Source of the DNA: Chthonomonadales bacterium
Lineage (GTDB): Bacteria > Armatimonadota > Chthonomonadetes > Chthonomonadales > CAJBBX01
Assembly: GCA_037443035.1 (NCBI GenBank)
Contig: JBBIPC010000008.1
Span: 1-64,000, forward strand
Direction: 5' to 3'
Length of the DNA: 64,000 nt
Shown here in pieces: positions 20,121-29,860 of this stretch. The first letter of the stretch is position 1. The number at the start of each line of letters is the position of its first letter. The notes beneath the pieces are model-generated. The model had not been told where the DNA came from, made no database searches, and saw nothing but the letters and a program-made list of their open reading frames with translations. The position numbers and the translations under genes were made by a program.

Positions 20121-20165
20121 TGGGCCGAACGCAGACGTGAGGGGATGCGTTCGGCCCATCTTTTT
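20121..20165 (+). terminator. Intrinsic terminator with its U-tract on the + strand, antisense to the flanking genes
   Basis: TGGGCCGAACGCA-12 nt-TGCGTTCGGCCCA-TCTTTTT. Confidence 0.6.
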
Positions 20166-20179
20166 CGAAACGTGCCCTG

Positions 20180-21139
20180 CTACAGCGGCTCTCCGCCCGC
20201 CTCAACGTTCTCCTTGGTGAAGATCCTCGTGCCAAGGGTGATGACTTTGTCTACCTTCTCACCTTTGAGAATCTTCAGAGCAGTCTCGATAGCTTCCTTG
20301 CCGCCGGTCGGGTACTGGAACGTGGCTGTGAGGATCCCTTCCTTGACGTACCGGACGCCTTCATGTGGGAGGGCGTCTATGCCGACGAACTTGATGGTCT
20401 TCTCACGCCCCTTACCTTCTTGTCTTGCCGCCAGATAGGCACCGTGGGCACTCGGGTCGTTGTGGCCGTACACTGCGTCAATCTTCGGGAACCGCGCCAG
20501 CGCCGACTTCATTTCTCGCTGAGCGTTAGGCTCCAACCACTGGCAGTCGGCATCGAAGACGATCTTGATGTTGGACCCGGCAATGCCCTCCATGAACCCG
20601 TTGTGCCGCTCCTGCCCCGGAGTAGAGGTCATGAGACCCTTTAGCTCGACGATGTCACCCTTGCCGCCGAGGAGCTTGACAAGGTACTTACCGGCCTCTC
20701 GGCCGATCTTGACGTTGTCCGCACCAATGAAACAGGTGTACTTGTCTCCCTCGATCTTCCGGTCCAGGACGATGACGGGTATGCCCGCATCCATAGCCTC
20801 CGCGACGGGCTGGCTCAGGGGGCGAGCCTCCTTGGGACTGATGATGATCAGGTCCACTTTCTGCTGCACCAACTCGCGCACCTGGCTCTGCTGCATCTCT
20901 GTTTTGTTCTGGGCGTCCTTGAATATCACGGTGATCTCGGGATGCGCCTTAGCCGCCTCGGCGATATCCGTGTCCATCTGCACGCGCCATGGTTCACCTC
21001 GATTGCACTGAGACATACCAATGACGTATTTCTTTGCTTCGGGCTGACCCGTCTCGCTGGCAGCGGTCTGGTCTGTCTTCTTGGCCTGGCATCCACCGAG
21101 GACTATAAGCCCGGCGGCAGCCCACACCAGTCTTCTCAT
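20180..21139 (-). CDS. Sugar ABC transporter substrate-binding lipoprotein (RbsB-like)
   Basis: Lipobox LGGC; DAQNK..QQ, VDLIIISP, GIPVIVLDR, IGADNVKIG and HND. Start at ATG 21139. Confidence 0.92.
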   Translation of the reverse strand: MRRLVWAAAGLIVLGGCQAKKTDQTAASETGQPEAKKYVIGMSQCNRGEPWRVQMDTDIAEAAKAHPEITVIFKDAQNKTEMQQSQVRELVQQKVDLIIISPKEARPLSQPVAEAMDAGIPVIVLDRKIEGDKYTCFIGADNVKIGREAGKYLVKLLGGKGDIVELKGLMTSTPGQERHNGFMEGIAGSNIKIVFDADCQWLEPNAQREMKSALARFPKIDAVYGHNDPSAHGAYLAARQEGKGREKTIKFVGIDALPHEGVRYVKEGILTATFQYPTGGKEAIETALKILKGEKVDKVITLGTRIFTKENVEAGGEPL

Positions 21140-21141
21140 AC

Positions 21142-22173
21142 TTACCCCCTTTTCTGGCGCTGAATGAGGACCGCCACCACGATGATGACGGCCTGGATGA
21201 TCATGCGGCGGTCTATCGCTACCGCATTCAAGCTCAGGATCTTGTTGATATAGGCCATGATCAGGACGCCAATGAGCGTGAACATCATGCCGCCCCTTCC
21301 TCCGCTCAGGCTCGTGCCGCCGATCACGGTAGCCGCAATGGCATCCAGTTCGAACGTGAAGCCGGCCTCCGGGTCGCCGATATCCTGGCGACAGCAGTTC
21401 ACGATGCCGGCCAGGGCAGCGAATGTGGCACAGAGCGCGTAGGTCTGTAGCTTCACGAGAGAGACGGGAATGCCTGCGAGACGCGCGGCCTCCTCGTTGC
21501 CACCGATGGCGTAGAGCTTCCGTCCATAGCTGGAGCGTCTGACGATGAGAGCCATGACCAGGATGCAGACCAGGAAGAGGATCGTGGCGGGTTGCATCCC
21601 GACGCCAGGGATGGCAGTGGTCATCCACCGGAAGAACTCGGGAGTGTCCTGGGTTAGCTTGTACCACGGCTGCGCCGCGGGCTGAACCTTGATGCCTCCG
21701 GAAATCAACTTGGCGGTTCCCCGTGCCGCGGTCATCATGGCGAGCGTTGCAACAAAGGGCTGGATGCGGAAACGGGCTACCAACAGGCCGTTGATGGCTC
21801 CGGCCATGACCCCGCAGGCAATGACGGCGGCCACTGCCGCGGCGATACCCCAGCCGTACCCGATGGTCAGTAACGCGAACAGAGTTGCGCATAGCCCCAG
21901 AACCGAGCTGACAGAGAGGTCAATGCCTCCACTGAGAATCACGAGGGTCATTCCCGTTGCTAACAGGCCGTATTCGCAGTACTCGAATAGGATGTCGAGC
22001 TGCGTACGCATGGACAGGAAGATCGGCAGGCCCGTGTCACGTGCCACTGGCGTGTAGAAGCACCCCAGCACGAACACGACCAAGAGCGCGACGAGACCCC
22101 GGTAGTTACCTGTCCACTCCCAGACCCTCTGGAAGCGTGCGTAGCCACTCTCGGCTCGATCAGGTGCGGTCAG
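21142..22173 (-). CDS. Sugar ABC transporter permease (RbsC-like)
   Basis: GMTLVILSGGIDLSV, PFVATLA, YAIGGNEEAARLAG and ELDAIAATVIGGTSL.GG.G. The start is uncertain (probable CTG at 22173). Confidence 0.9.
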   Translation of the reverse strand: MTAPDRAESGYARFQRVWEWTGNYRGLVALLVVFVLGCFYTPVARDTGLPIFLSMRTQLDILFEYCEYGLLATGMTLVILSGGIDLSVSSVLGLCATLFALLTIGYGWGIAAAVAAVIACGVMAGAINGLLVARFRIQPFVATLAMMTAARGTAKLISGGIKVQPAAQPWYKLTQDTPEFFRWMTTAIPGVGMQPATILFLVCILVMALIVRRSSYGRKLYAIGGNEEAARLAGIPVSLVKLQTYALCATFAALAGIVNCCRQDIGDPEAGFTFELDAIAATVIGGTSLSGGRGGMMFTLIGVLIMAYINKILSLNAVAIDRRMIIQAVIIVVAVLIQRQKRG

Positions 22174-23285
22174 CGCAGCACCTCCTCGACAGGAGTGAGG
22201 GGCAAGCCGAACTGTTCGGCGATGTCCGGGAAGACGACATGACCTTCGACGATGTTCAGGCCGTGGCGCAGGGGGGTGTGCTCCGCCGCTGCAGCCTTCC
22301 AACCATCCTTGGCGAGGCGCCGAACGTACTGGAGCGTCTCGTTGGTGAGGGCATAGGTGGACGTTCCCGCGACGGCTCCCGGCATGTTCGCCACACAGTA
22401 ATGAACGACGCCTTCCTCGATGTACGTCGGGTGGCTGTGGGTCGTCGGTCTGGTCGTCTCGAAGCACCCGCCCTGGTCCACCGCGACGTCCACGACAACC
22501 GAGCCTTTGCGCATGGTCCGGATCATCTCGCGGGTGACGAGCACAGGCGCTCTGGCTCCCCGGCGAAGCACGCTGCCAATGACGAGATCCGCATCGCGAA
22601 TAGCCTGGCGGATGTTGTGGCGATTGGAGAAGAGCGTGTTGACGTTAGGTGGCATGATGTCGTCAAGGTACCGCAGGCGTTCCAGATTCACATCGAGTAC
22701 GGTTACGTCGGCTCCGAAACCGGCAGCGACCTTGGCGGCATTCGTGCCGACAACGCCACCACCGATGATGACAACTTTCGCTGGAGCAACTCCTGGTACT
22801 CCACTCAAGAGGATGCCCCGACCTTCCATAGGACGCTCCAGGTACTTCGCTCCCTCCTGTACCGCCATGCGGCCTGCAACCTCACTCATGGGAGTGAGCA
22901 GCGGTAACGTGCCATCGGCAAGCTGGATGGTCTCGTAGGCGATGCAGACGGCGCGCGAAGCCACCATGGCACGCGTCAGATCCTCGCTGGCGGCGAAGTG
23001 GAAATACGTGAAGACCGTCTGCCCGGACCGGATAAGGGGATACTCCGTAGGAAGGGGTTCCTTGACCTTGACGATTAGCTCGCTCTGGGCATAGACTTCG
23101 GCGGCGCTGCCGACGATCCGTGCGCCGGCTGCGGCGTATTCACTGTCCTCGATACCAGTACCCAGGCCCGCTCCACTCTCGACGAGTACGGAGTGACCGG
23201 CCTCGGTTAGCGTCTCCACGCCGGCTGGTACCATGGCGACTCGGTATTCGTCCGGCTTGACCTCTTTCGGAACTCCAACAACCAT
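22170..23285 (-). CDS. ald: Alanine dehydrogenase
   Basis: MVVGVPKEVKPDEYRVA, KVKEP, PMSEVAGR, GGGVVG, DVAVDQGG and HYCVANMPGAV. Confidence 0.96.
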   Translation of the reverse strand: MVVGVPKEVKPDEYRVAMVPAGVETLTEAGHSVLVESGAGLGTGIEDSEYAAAGARIVGSAAEVYAQSELIVKVKEPLPTEYPLIRSGQTVFTYFHFAASEDLTRAMVASRAVCIAYETIQLADGTLPLLTPMSEVAGRMAVQEGAKYLERPMEGRGILLSGVPGVAPAKVVIIGGGVVGTNAAKVAAGFGADVTVLDVNLERLRYLDDIMPPNVNTLFSNRHNIRQAIRDADLVIGSVLRRGARAPVLVTREMIRTMRKGSVVVDVAVDQGGCFETTRPTTHSHPTYIEEGVVHYCVANMPGAVAGTSTYALTNETLQYVRRLAKDGWKAAAAEHTPLRHGLNIVEGHVVFPDIAEQFGLPLTPVEEVLR

Positions 23286-23691
23286 AGCGCGTTGCTCCTT
23301 GATCGCCGTGCACTTCTGTGTGCGCGTTACTCTACCCTTCGACGGGACCCACAGGACGTCCTGCCGATAGCTACGCCGAGACGAGGCATGCTCGTGGTCG
23401 AGGGCTGCGCGTCCTAGTGTAGGTGTTGTTCCTACGTCAGGTTTCGCGGGTATCCCTGGTCGGTTCGGAAAACCGCTGACAGGGCGAAGCTTCCTCATCC
23501 GATACGGCAACGGCTGCTGCCGGGTGCATAGTTGCATGGTTGGAAGCCCGCGGAAGGGCTGTCGCTTGCGCGATGTCTCCTTCTTCGCCCTTCGTTGTGC
23601 TGGACCTGTCGGCCAGAACCCGGCTTGCATAAGGGGCAGAGGACCTATGCGCTAGCTAGCCCTGGCACATTACACGTCAAGGAGGTGCACC

Positions 23692-26600
23692 ATGCACATC
23701 TCTAGGCGCACGAGAGGCAGTCACTCGGCCTTGCCCGTGGGTCTCCTTGTTGGGATGGCGCTTTCCGTCATGGCAGGGCGTGCTCACGGCCAGGGAGTGC
23801 CGCCCATCCATTGGATGGCCGGTGGACACTACGCCGGCGTTCATGGCATCGCTCTCTCCACGGACAACACGAGGCTTGCCACTGCAAGCTTCGACACAAC
23901 GGTGAAGCTGTTCGACACGGCCTCAACGCTCTTGCTTCGCACGATGGTTGGCCACGACGTCGTGGCGCTGAGCGTAGCCTTCTCCTCGGACGGTACCAGG
24001 CTTGTGAGCGGCGGTTTCGATGGGGCGCGCGTGTGGAATCCGCAGACGGGGGAGCTGGTGGGCACCCTGAGCGGTCACACGGATGCTGTGAACGCTGTGG
24101 CTTTCTCGCCAGATGGGACGAAGATTGCCACTGCTAGTGGCGATACCACGGTGAAACTGTGGGATGCTGGCAGCCTGAGCCTCATTCGGACGCTTTCGGG
24201 ACACTCCGACTGGGTATACGCTGTGGCGTTCTCGCCGGATGGGACCATGGTTGCATCTGGTAGCGGTGACGGCACGATCAGACTGTGGCGCGTATCTGAT
24301 GGTGCCTCGCTGGGGACGGTGCCCGCGCACGCCGGAGCCGTCCTGAGTGTCCGGTTCTCGCCGGATGGCGCGTTGCTAGCCTCGGCAGGGACCGATGACG
24401 CGGTCAAACTCTGGCGGGTGTCGGACGGAGCCAACGTGGCATCCTACACGGGACAGACGATGTACGTCTTTTCCACGATATTCTCGCCCGACGGTTCGCT
24501 CCTTGCATCCGGCGCCGGAGATGGAACAGTCGTGCTCCGGAGGGTATCCGACGGCATCGTTGAGCGTACGATTCTTGCGTCCGGCGGTGTCCACAGCCTT
24601 GCGTTCACTTCAGACGGCGCCACTCTCTATGTCGGATCCGATGACGGCATGGTCACGGCCTACTCCGTCGCGGACGGGACAGTGGTGACGAAGCTTACCC
24701 GCCACAGCGGAAGTGTGAATGGCCTGGTGGTTAGTCCTGACGGACAACGGGCTGTTTCGGTCGCCGACGACGGGAAGGTAGTCATACACCGTCTCGCCGA
24801 TGGGAACTCCCTTCTGGCCTTCGATGCTCACTCCAACGCCATATCGTCCGTTGCGGTGTCGCCAGACGGAGCAGTTCTGTGCACGACGAGCTACGACAAC
24901 AATGGCGCACTCTGGAACGCGTCCGACGGTACGCCCATCGCTACACTGGTGGGACACACAGACGTCGTCCTCTGCTCGGCATTCTCGCCGGACGGTCTCA
25001 CCGTCGCGACCGGTGCAAGCGACTCGACGATTCGCCTGTGGCGAGTCAGCGATGGCGTGCAGGTCGGCATACTCTCCGGGCATGCAGGCGCCGTGCGTGG
25101 GGTCGCTTTCTCTCCCGACGGTCAGTGGTTAGCGTCCGCGAGCGCCGACGGCACGGTACGCAAGTGGCGATTGTCCGATGGTACGGAAGTGTGGAGAGCC
25201 ACCGCGGCCGATCCTGTAGCATATTGCGTGAGCTTCTCTCCGGATGGCAACACGATCGCCACGGGTGCAGCAGCCTCGTCCTCGGGCACGCTCAAGCTCT
25301 GGAACGCTGCAGATGGTTCGCTCATCGCTTCGGCGTCGTCCGATCCCATCCGCTCCCTGGCGTTTTCACCAAACGGGCTACTCTTAGCGACGGGTGGCGA
25401 TCATGACAGCGAAGGGCGGCTGCAGTTCTGGCAGGCAAGCAATCTCGGTCTCCTCCAGACGTTCGACCAGGAGACAGGGACATGCCTTGGAAGTACGGGT
25501 GTCAATACAGTGGCCTTTTCGCCGGATAACACCGGCCTCATCTACGGCCGCTTCGACGGAACAGTCGTCTTCATTGACAACCCGTTCTGGCCAGTGCCGA
25601 CGAACCTTGCTGTCGCCGACATTCCTGGCCAGGTCGGCGAGCTTGTCACCCTCCGCGCTACGCTCACGGCGGGCCTGGGCGGTGGCCCAGTTCTCGGCAA
25701 GACCATCACGTTCGAAGTGGCTGGGACTGAAGTTGGCAATGGGGTCAGCGCCGCCAATGGCGAGGCATCCTGCGAGTTTCGCATACCCGAGGCACTCGGC
25801 GTAGGCACGCAGAGCATCGCTGCTGCGTTCGCGGGGGATAGCGCCTATGCCGGGAGCAGTGGATCGGCAACGCTCACGATCAACAAGGCGAATACAGCCA
25901 TCCTTGTCAGCGACGCTGCTGGCATCTTGGGCGACCCCGTGACACTGCGTGCCAAGCTGCAGCGTACGACCGACGATGCACCGCTGGCAGGCCGTGTACT
26001 ACGGTTCTCTGTAGAATCCACATCAGCCGGATCCGCCGTGACGGACGGCACAGGTTACGCCTCCGTGGACTACACGATTCCCGTGCTTCCGGGCGCGGGG
26101 GAGCGGCTCATCACGGTCACCTTCGACGGGGACGCCAACCACCGGGAGTGCACTGCTTACGGCATACTGACTGCGCAGAAGCGCCCAACGGACACCGTCG
26201 TCGCAGCGCGGTCGGCTAGGATAGGCGAGCTCATTCCTCTTACGGCAGACGTGACGTTCCGTGGCGCCGGAGTCGAAGGGCTCGAAGTGGAGTTCTTCGT
26301 GGATGGCGCAGCTGTTGGCACCGCGTTTACGGACGCATCCGGCATAGCAGAGGTGGGCTATCTCGTGCCGGAGCTTGGCGGTGTCGGGAGCCGAACGATC
26401 AGCGCATCCTTCGCCGGAACAGCGATCTATGCAGCTAGCTCCGGAACGGCTACGCTGGACGTGGTGAGGACCGAGTCCCGTCTGTACGTGCCGGATATCA
26501 CGCGCACGGTCCCAGCCGATGGTGCGGCCGTCATGCGCGCGTACCTCCTGCGGACGACGGACAAAGGCGGCATTGCGGACAGAATCGTGGAGTTCTACGT

Positions 26601-27069
26601 AGATGGGACCCTCGCCGATACGCAGATTACAGACTCCAACGGACGTGCGACGGGCTACTGGCAAGTGCCTTCGACTGTGGGCACCGCAGATGTCTTGGTC
26701 CACTGCGTCTTTGCTGGCGATGTGTCGTACTTCCCGTGCGACGGTACTGGACGCCTCACGGTCGTTGTTCAGAAGACGCCCACCAACCTATGGGTCTTGC
26801 CGCGGATAGGCGTCCGAGGTGCCGGAACGTACTTGCGAGCGTACCTCCGCAAGGCAACCGACTGGTCCTGGCTGCCAGGGCAGTCTGTCGCGTTCAGCGT
26901 CGCGGGTACTTACGTCGGGTCGGTCACGACGAACTCCGACGGTCGCGCCTCCGTCTTCTACCGGATTCCTAAGGAGATGGCCAGTGGCTTCTACACTATC
27001 TCAGCTAACTTCGCAGGCGATGCTACGTACCTTCCTGCGACAGGAGAGTCCGTCCTGCTAGTCCTGTAG
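23692..27069 (+). CDS. Secreted WD40-repeat protein with C-terminal bacterial Ig-like repeats
   Basis: Signal peptide and GGAGG RBS. About 14 GH..V..VAFSPDG..LAS.S.D.TVKLW repeats, then about 5 F.GD..Y..S.G...L.V Ig-like units. Confidence 0.9.
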   Translation: MHISRRTRGSHSALPVGLLVGMALSVMAGRAHGQGVPPIHWMAGGHYAGVHGIALSTDNTRLATASFDTTVKLFDTASTLLLRTMVGHDVVALSVAFSSDGTRLVSGGFDGARVWNPQTGELVGTLSGHTDAVNAVAFSPDGTKIATASGDTTVKLWDAGSLSLIRTLSGHSDWVYAVAFSPDGTMVASGSGDGTIRLWRVSDGASLGTVPAHAGAVLSVRFSPDGALLASAGTDDAVKLWRVSDGANVASYTGQTMYVFSTIFSPDGSLLASGAGDGTVVLRRVSDGIVERTILASGGVHSLAFTSDGATLYVGSDDGMVTAYSVADGTVVTKLTRHSGSVNGLVVSPDGQRAVSVADDGKVVIHRLADGNSLLAFDAHSNAISSVAVSPDGAVLCTTSYDNNGALWNASDGTPIATLVGHTDVVLCSAFSPDGLTVATGASDSTIRLWRVSDGVQVGILSGHAGAVRGVAFSPDGQWLASASADGTVRKWRLSDGTEVWRATAADPVAYCVSFSPDGNTIATGAAASSSGTLKLWNAADGSLIASASSDPIRSLAFSPNGLLLATGGDHDSEGRLQFWQASNLGLLQTFDQETGTCLGSTGVNTVAFSPDNTGLIYGRFDGTVVFIDNPFWPVPTNLAVADIPGQVGELVTLRATLTAGLGGGPVLGKTITFEVAGTEVGNGVSAANGEASCEFRIPEALGVGTQSIAAAFAGDSAYAGSSGSATLTINKANTAILVSDAAGILGDPVTLRAKLQRTTDDAPLAGRVLRFSVESTSAGSAVTDGTGYASVDYTIPVLPGAGERLITVTFDGDANHRECTAYGILTAQKRPTDTVVAARSARIGELIPLTADVTFRGAGVEGLEVEFFVDGAAVGTAFTDASGIAEVGYLVPELGGVGSRTISASFAGTAIYAASSGTATLDVVRTESRLYVPDITRTVPADGAAVMRAYLLRTTDKGGIADRIVEFYVDGTLADTQITDSNGRATGYWQVPSTVGTADVLVHCVFAGDVSYFPCDGTGRLTVVVQKTPTNLWVLPRIGVRGAGTYLRAYLRKATDWSWLPGQSVAFSVAGTYVGSVTTNSDGRASVFYRIPKEMASGFYTISANFAGDATYLPATGESVLLVL

Positions 27070-27092
27070 CGACCAGACGAGTGTCCTTACAC

Positions 27093-27120
27093 GAGCCCGG
27101 CCCTGGTGCCGGGCTCTTTT
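27093..27120 (+). terminator. Intrinsic terminator
   Basis: GAGCCCGGC-cctggt-GCCGGGCTC-TTTT after the WD40 gene. Confidence 0.75.
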
Positions 27121-27209
27121 CGCAAAAGAGGAGTTTCACTCTGCGTTCACGTGCGTCACTTATGGTAACGGACAATGCGGTCCGCATCTGTCGCTATGGA
27201 GGTCACAAC

Positions 27210-28157
27210 ATGGCAAGAAAAGTTGGCTACATGGCCACCACGTTGGTTGTACTGCTAGCCTTGCACGGAGCTGCGCTTGGCCAGGCAGGTCGTCAGGCAC
27301 GACAGAATCGTCCCGGTGGACCAGCGGCCAGTGGACGTCCGCAGCGGATGATGCCAGGGCTGCCTGTGTCTCCAGGGATGCAGCCGGATGGCGCCATGGG
27401 TAAGCTGACTGCGGAGATCATGGCACTGCGGGAACTCCATGCTGCTGGTTTCACAGCCCGCGATGTGGAGGCGGCCGTCGCAGTACTGCGAGAGCTAGCC
27501 GAGTCGGAGCGCAATCTGCGAGGGCGTGCGGAGGATGCCCTCAACGCCGAGAAGAAGGCGCTGCTAGCCTCCGGTCCCGACGATGCACCGCCGCCGCCAG
27601 CAGCGCATGGTCTCGGCGAAGCGTCCCAGGAACATGCTCGGACCATGGCGAGGCTGTTCGAACGTCTATCTGGTGCGATAGGCGAACAGAAAGCCGGCAC
27701 GATTCGACGTCTCGTGGGGCTGTTCCCGCAACCTATGGGACCAGGCGTGCCGGGCGTGCCCATGCCAGGTATGGGACCAGGCATGCCCCTGCAGGGTGCG
27801 CCAGGAGTCGGTGGCAGACCGTCTGGGCCAGCGCCAGGGCAGCAACCAAGTGGACCTGGAGGACCCGAGCCGCCGCTCGGTCCGGAAGGTGTTTTGGGCA
27901 GACAGGGACCCATGCCGCCCCAAGGGCCTGTTGGGCCAGTACCACAGGGACCGGGCTTCGGGCCAATGCCGCCTCAAGGACCGCCGGGACAGCCGATGAT
28001 GGGGCCGCCCTGGATGCAGCCGGGGAATCAGCCGTTTCCAGGGATGATGCCGCCCGCCGCGTACATGCTTGGCGGGGTGCATCCCGTGGCACCACGGCTC
28101 ACTGTTTCCGAGCTGCTGGATCTGCTAGAACAGAAGCTTGCAGCCATGAAAAAGTAG
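27210..28157 (+). CDS. Secreted helical protein with a Pro/Gly/Met/Gln-rich low-complexity region
   Basis: GGAGG RBS before ATG 27210, signal peptide (LLALHGAALG) and PGM/PQGP repeats. Confidence 0.7.
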   Translation: MARKVGYMATTLVVLLALHGAALGQAGRQARQNRPGGPAASGRPQRMMPGLPVSPGMQPDGAMGKLTAEIMALRELHAAGFTARDVEAAVAVLRELAESERNLRGRAEDALNAEKKALLASGPDDAPPPPAAHGLGEASQEHARTMARLFERLSGAIGEQKAGTIRRLVGLFPQPMGPGVPGVPMPGMGPGMPLQGAPGVGGRPSGPAPGQQPSGPGGPEPPLGPEGVLGRQGPMPPQGPVGPVPQGPGFGPMPPQGPPGQPMMGPPWMQPGNQPFPGMMPPAAYMLGGVHPVAPRLTVSELLDLLEQKLAAMKK

Positions 28158-28192
28158 ATACGACGTTGTCGCGGCACGGAGATGACGCGTCT

Positions 28193-28768
28193 ATGGCTCC
28201 CACCATGGCACAACTGATGCCGTTCGTAACGGACGAGGCGCTGGCACAGGCTGCGCAGGCAGGCGACACCGGTGCTTATCGTACGCTTGTCGAACGCTAC
28301 CAGGACATGGTCTACGCCTATGCCTACGCCCATCTCCGTAGCCGCGAAGACGCCGAGGATATTGCTCAGGAAGCGTTCGTCAAAGCCTACGAAGCGTTGA
28401 TCCGTCAGACTGTTGTACGTTCCTGGGCCAGCTGGCTCATGTGTATTGTGCGAAACCTTTGTCGAGATGCTGCTCGACGACGCGCGGTACGCGTTGCCGC
28501 AGCGGAGGACCTCCGGGCGCTGTGCGCAGGCCAGGGCACTCTGCCCGAAGACCAGTTGCTCGCTGGCGAACGACGCAGGCAGATGCAGGCGGCGGTGGAC
28601 GCCCTTCCCGACAGGTTGCGTATCCCGTTAGTGCTGCACTACGCCCAGGGGCTGACTTACCAGCAGATTGCGGCGGTGCTCGGAGTCCGTCCATCCACAG
28701 TAGTAGGAAGGATCGCCGGAGCTCTGAGGCGTCTGCGAGGCATGGCAGATTGGGAGGTCCAGCTTTGA
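28193..28768 (+). CDS. ECF RNA polymerase sigma factor
   Basis: DAEDIAQEAFVKAY, SWLMCIVRNLCRD, LPDRLR and GLTYQQIAAVLG. Confidence 0.92.
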   Translation: MAPTMAQLMPFVTDEALAQAAQAGDTGAYRTLVERYQDMVYAYAYAHLRSREDAEDIAQEAFVKAYEALIRQTVVRSWASWLMCIVRNLCRDAARRRAVRVAAAEDLRALCAGQGTLPEDQLLAGERRRQMQAAVDALPDRLRIPLVLHYAQGLTYQQIAAVLGVRPSTVVGRIAGALRRLRGMADWEVQL

Positions 28769-29694
28769 ACGTCCAGTGCAGGCTTGTGGAGCTACTCTTG
28801 TCGCACTGTGTCGCGACGGGACGGCAGGTGTCCGGGCAGTCCTGGGTAGGACACCACATGGCGGCGTGTGAACGATGTCGGGCCGCGGTTGAGACGATGA
28901 AGCATCTGGCGGAGGTTCTCCCGCAGACCTTGGCGGCACCGGTCGCATCCTCGGATCTGACGGATCGGGTGATGGAGCGCGTGCTCGACTCCGCGGCACT
29001 GTCGCCGGCGGGCAAGTGGCCGCGGCACAAGGGACTGTTCGGCGTTGCTGTCGCGCTTGCAGCGGGGGTATTGCTGGCGATTGCAGTTCGGCTTGGACCT
29101 TGGGACCATCCCTCTCGTGAGGTGGCCACTGCAATGCGGACTCCTTCGGTGAAGAACGAACCGACAGTCGTCGCCGAGAACAAGACCAAGCCTACAGAGC
29201 CGGCAGAACCTTCGAAGAGTGCAGCGGGCCGGAATGCGCGCGGGAAGGAGGGCGCGAAGGCGAGTACGGTGCATCAGAAGGACACAGATGTCCTCGTGCG
29301 CCTGTTGATACGAGCTAGGCGGAAAGTCGTGAAACAGCCCGCCCCCGAGCCACGGGTTGTCGCCTCGGTCAGCCAAGGAAGCCGGATGCCGGCACCGTCT
29401 GCCACCTCCGTGACTGCCGATCCCACGCTGTCGACGCTGGTGACATTGGGCGCCTACTACGAAGCCAACTCTGACTTCCGGCGGGCGGCGGTAGCCTACT
29501 ACTGGGCGTCCCAGACAACGAGCGATGCAGGCTTGGTGTACGCCGCCGGACGCGCTGCGGAAGCTGTCGGGGATATTCCGTCAGCGGTGGAGCAGTATCG
29601 GAAGCTGCTGGAGCCGCAAGATGCCCAAGACAACAGATCTGGGACACCATCGAACACCTCCTGGCAGTCCGACGAACGTAAGAATGTGGCGTAA
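28765..29694 (+). CDS. Zinc-finger (ZAS) membrane anti-sigma factor with a C-terminal TPR-like region
   Basis: TTG start overlapping the sigma stop, with GGAGG upstream; HMAACERC (HxxxCxxC); one TM segment; C-terminal helical repeats. Confidence 0.78.
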   Translation: MNVQCRLVELLLSHCVATGRQVSGQSWVGHHMAACERCRAAVETMKHLAEVLPQTLAAPVASSDLTDRVMERVLDSAALSPAGKWPRHKGLFGVAVALAAGVLLAIAVRLGPWDHPSREVATAMRTPSVKNEPTVVAENKTKPTEPAEPSKSAAGRNARGKEGAKASTVHQKDTDVLVRLLIRARRKVVKQPAPEPRVVASVSQGSRMPAPSATSVTADPTLSTLVTLGAYYEANSDFRRAAVAYYWASQTTSDAGLVYAAGRAAEAVGDIPSAVEQYRKLLEPQDAQDNRSGTPSNTSWQSDERKNVA

Positions 29695-29765
29695 CAGCCG
29701 CCAGGCTTGAAGATCGCTGCCGACGGCGGCGTGGCGAACTCCTCGAACCGGCGACCTTCGTGCGA

Positions 29766-29795
29766 TTGACCCTGCCATGCCGGGCGTGCTAGACT
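29766..29795 (+). promoter_or_regulatory. Sigma70-type promoter for the GH130 gene
   Basis: TTGACC-18 nt-TAGACT with a TG extension. Confidence 0.55.
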
Positions 29796-29860
29796 TCAGT
29801 CAGCGCTCTACTGCGTGGACGCAACCTACTCCAGCGCGACACTCGAGAGGACACGACTGC

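Noticed and set aside
21140..21892. Apparent 570-aa SBP fusion
   Set aside because: The extension is an alternate frame of the permease; the lipoprotein signal starts at 21139.
23286..23691. 400-nt divergent intergenic region as a riboswitch/ncRNA
   Set aside because: I could not match c-di-GMP, c-di-AMP, glycine, SAM, TPP or T-box consensus, and saw no convincing long structure.
23850..25560. Recurring TTCTCGCCGGA(T/C)GG DNA repeats as a CRISPR or tandem array
   Set aside because: They are the codons for FSPDG in the WD40 repeats.
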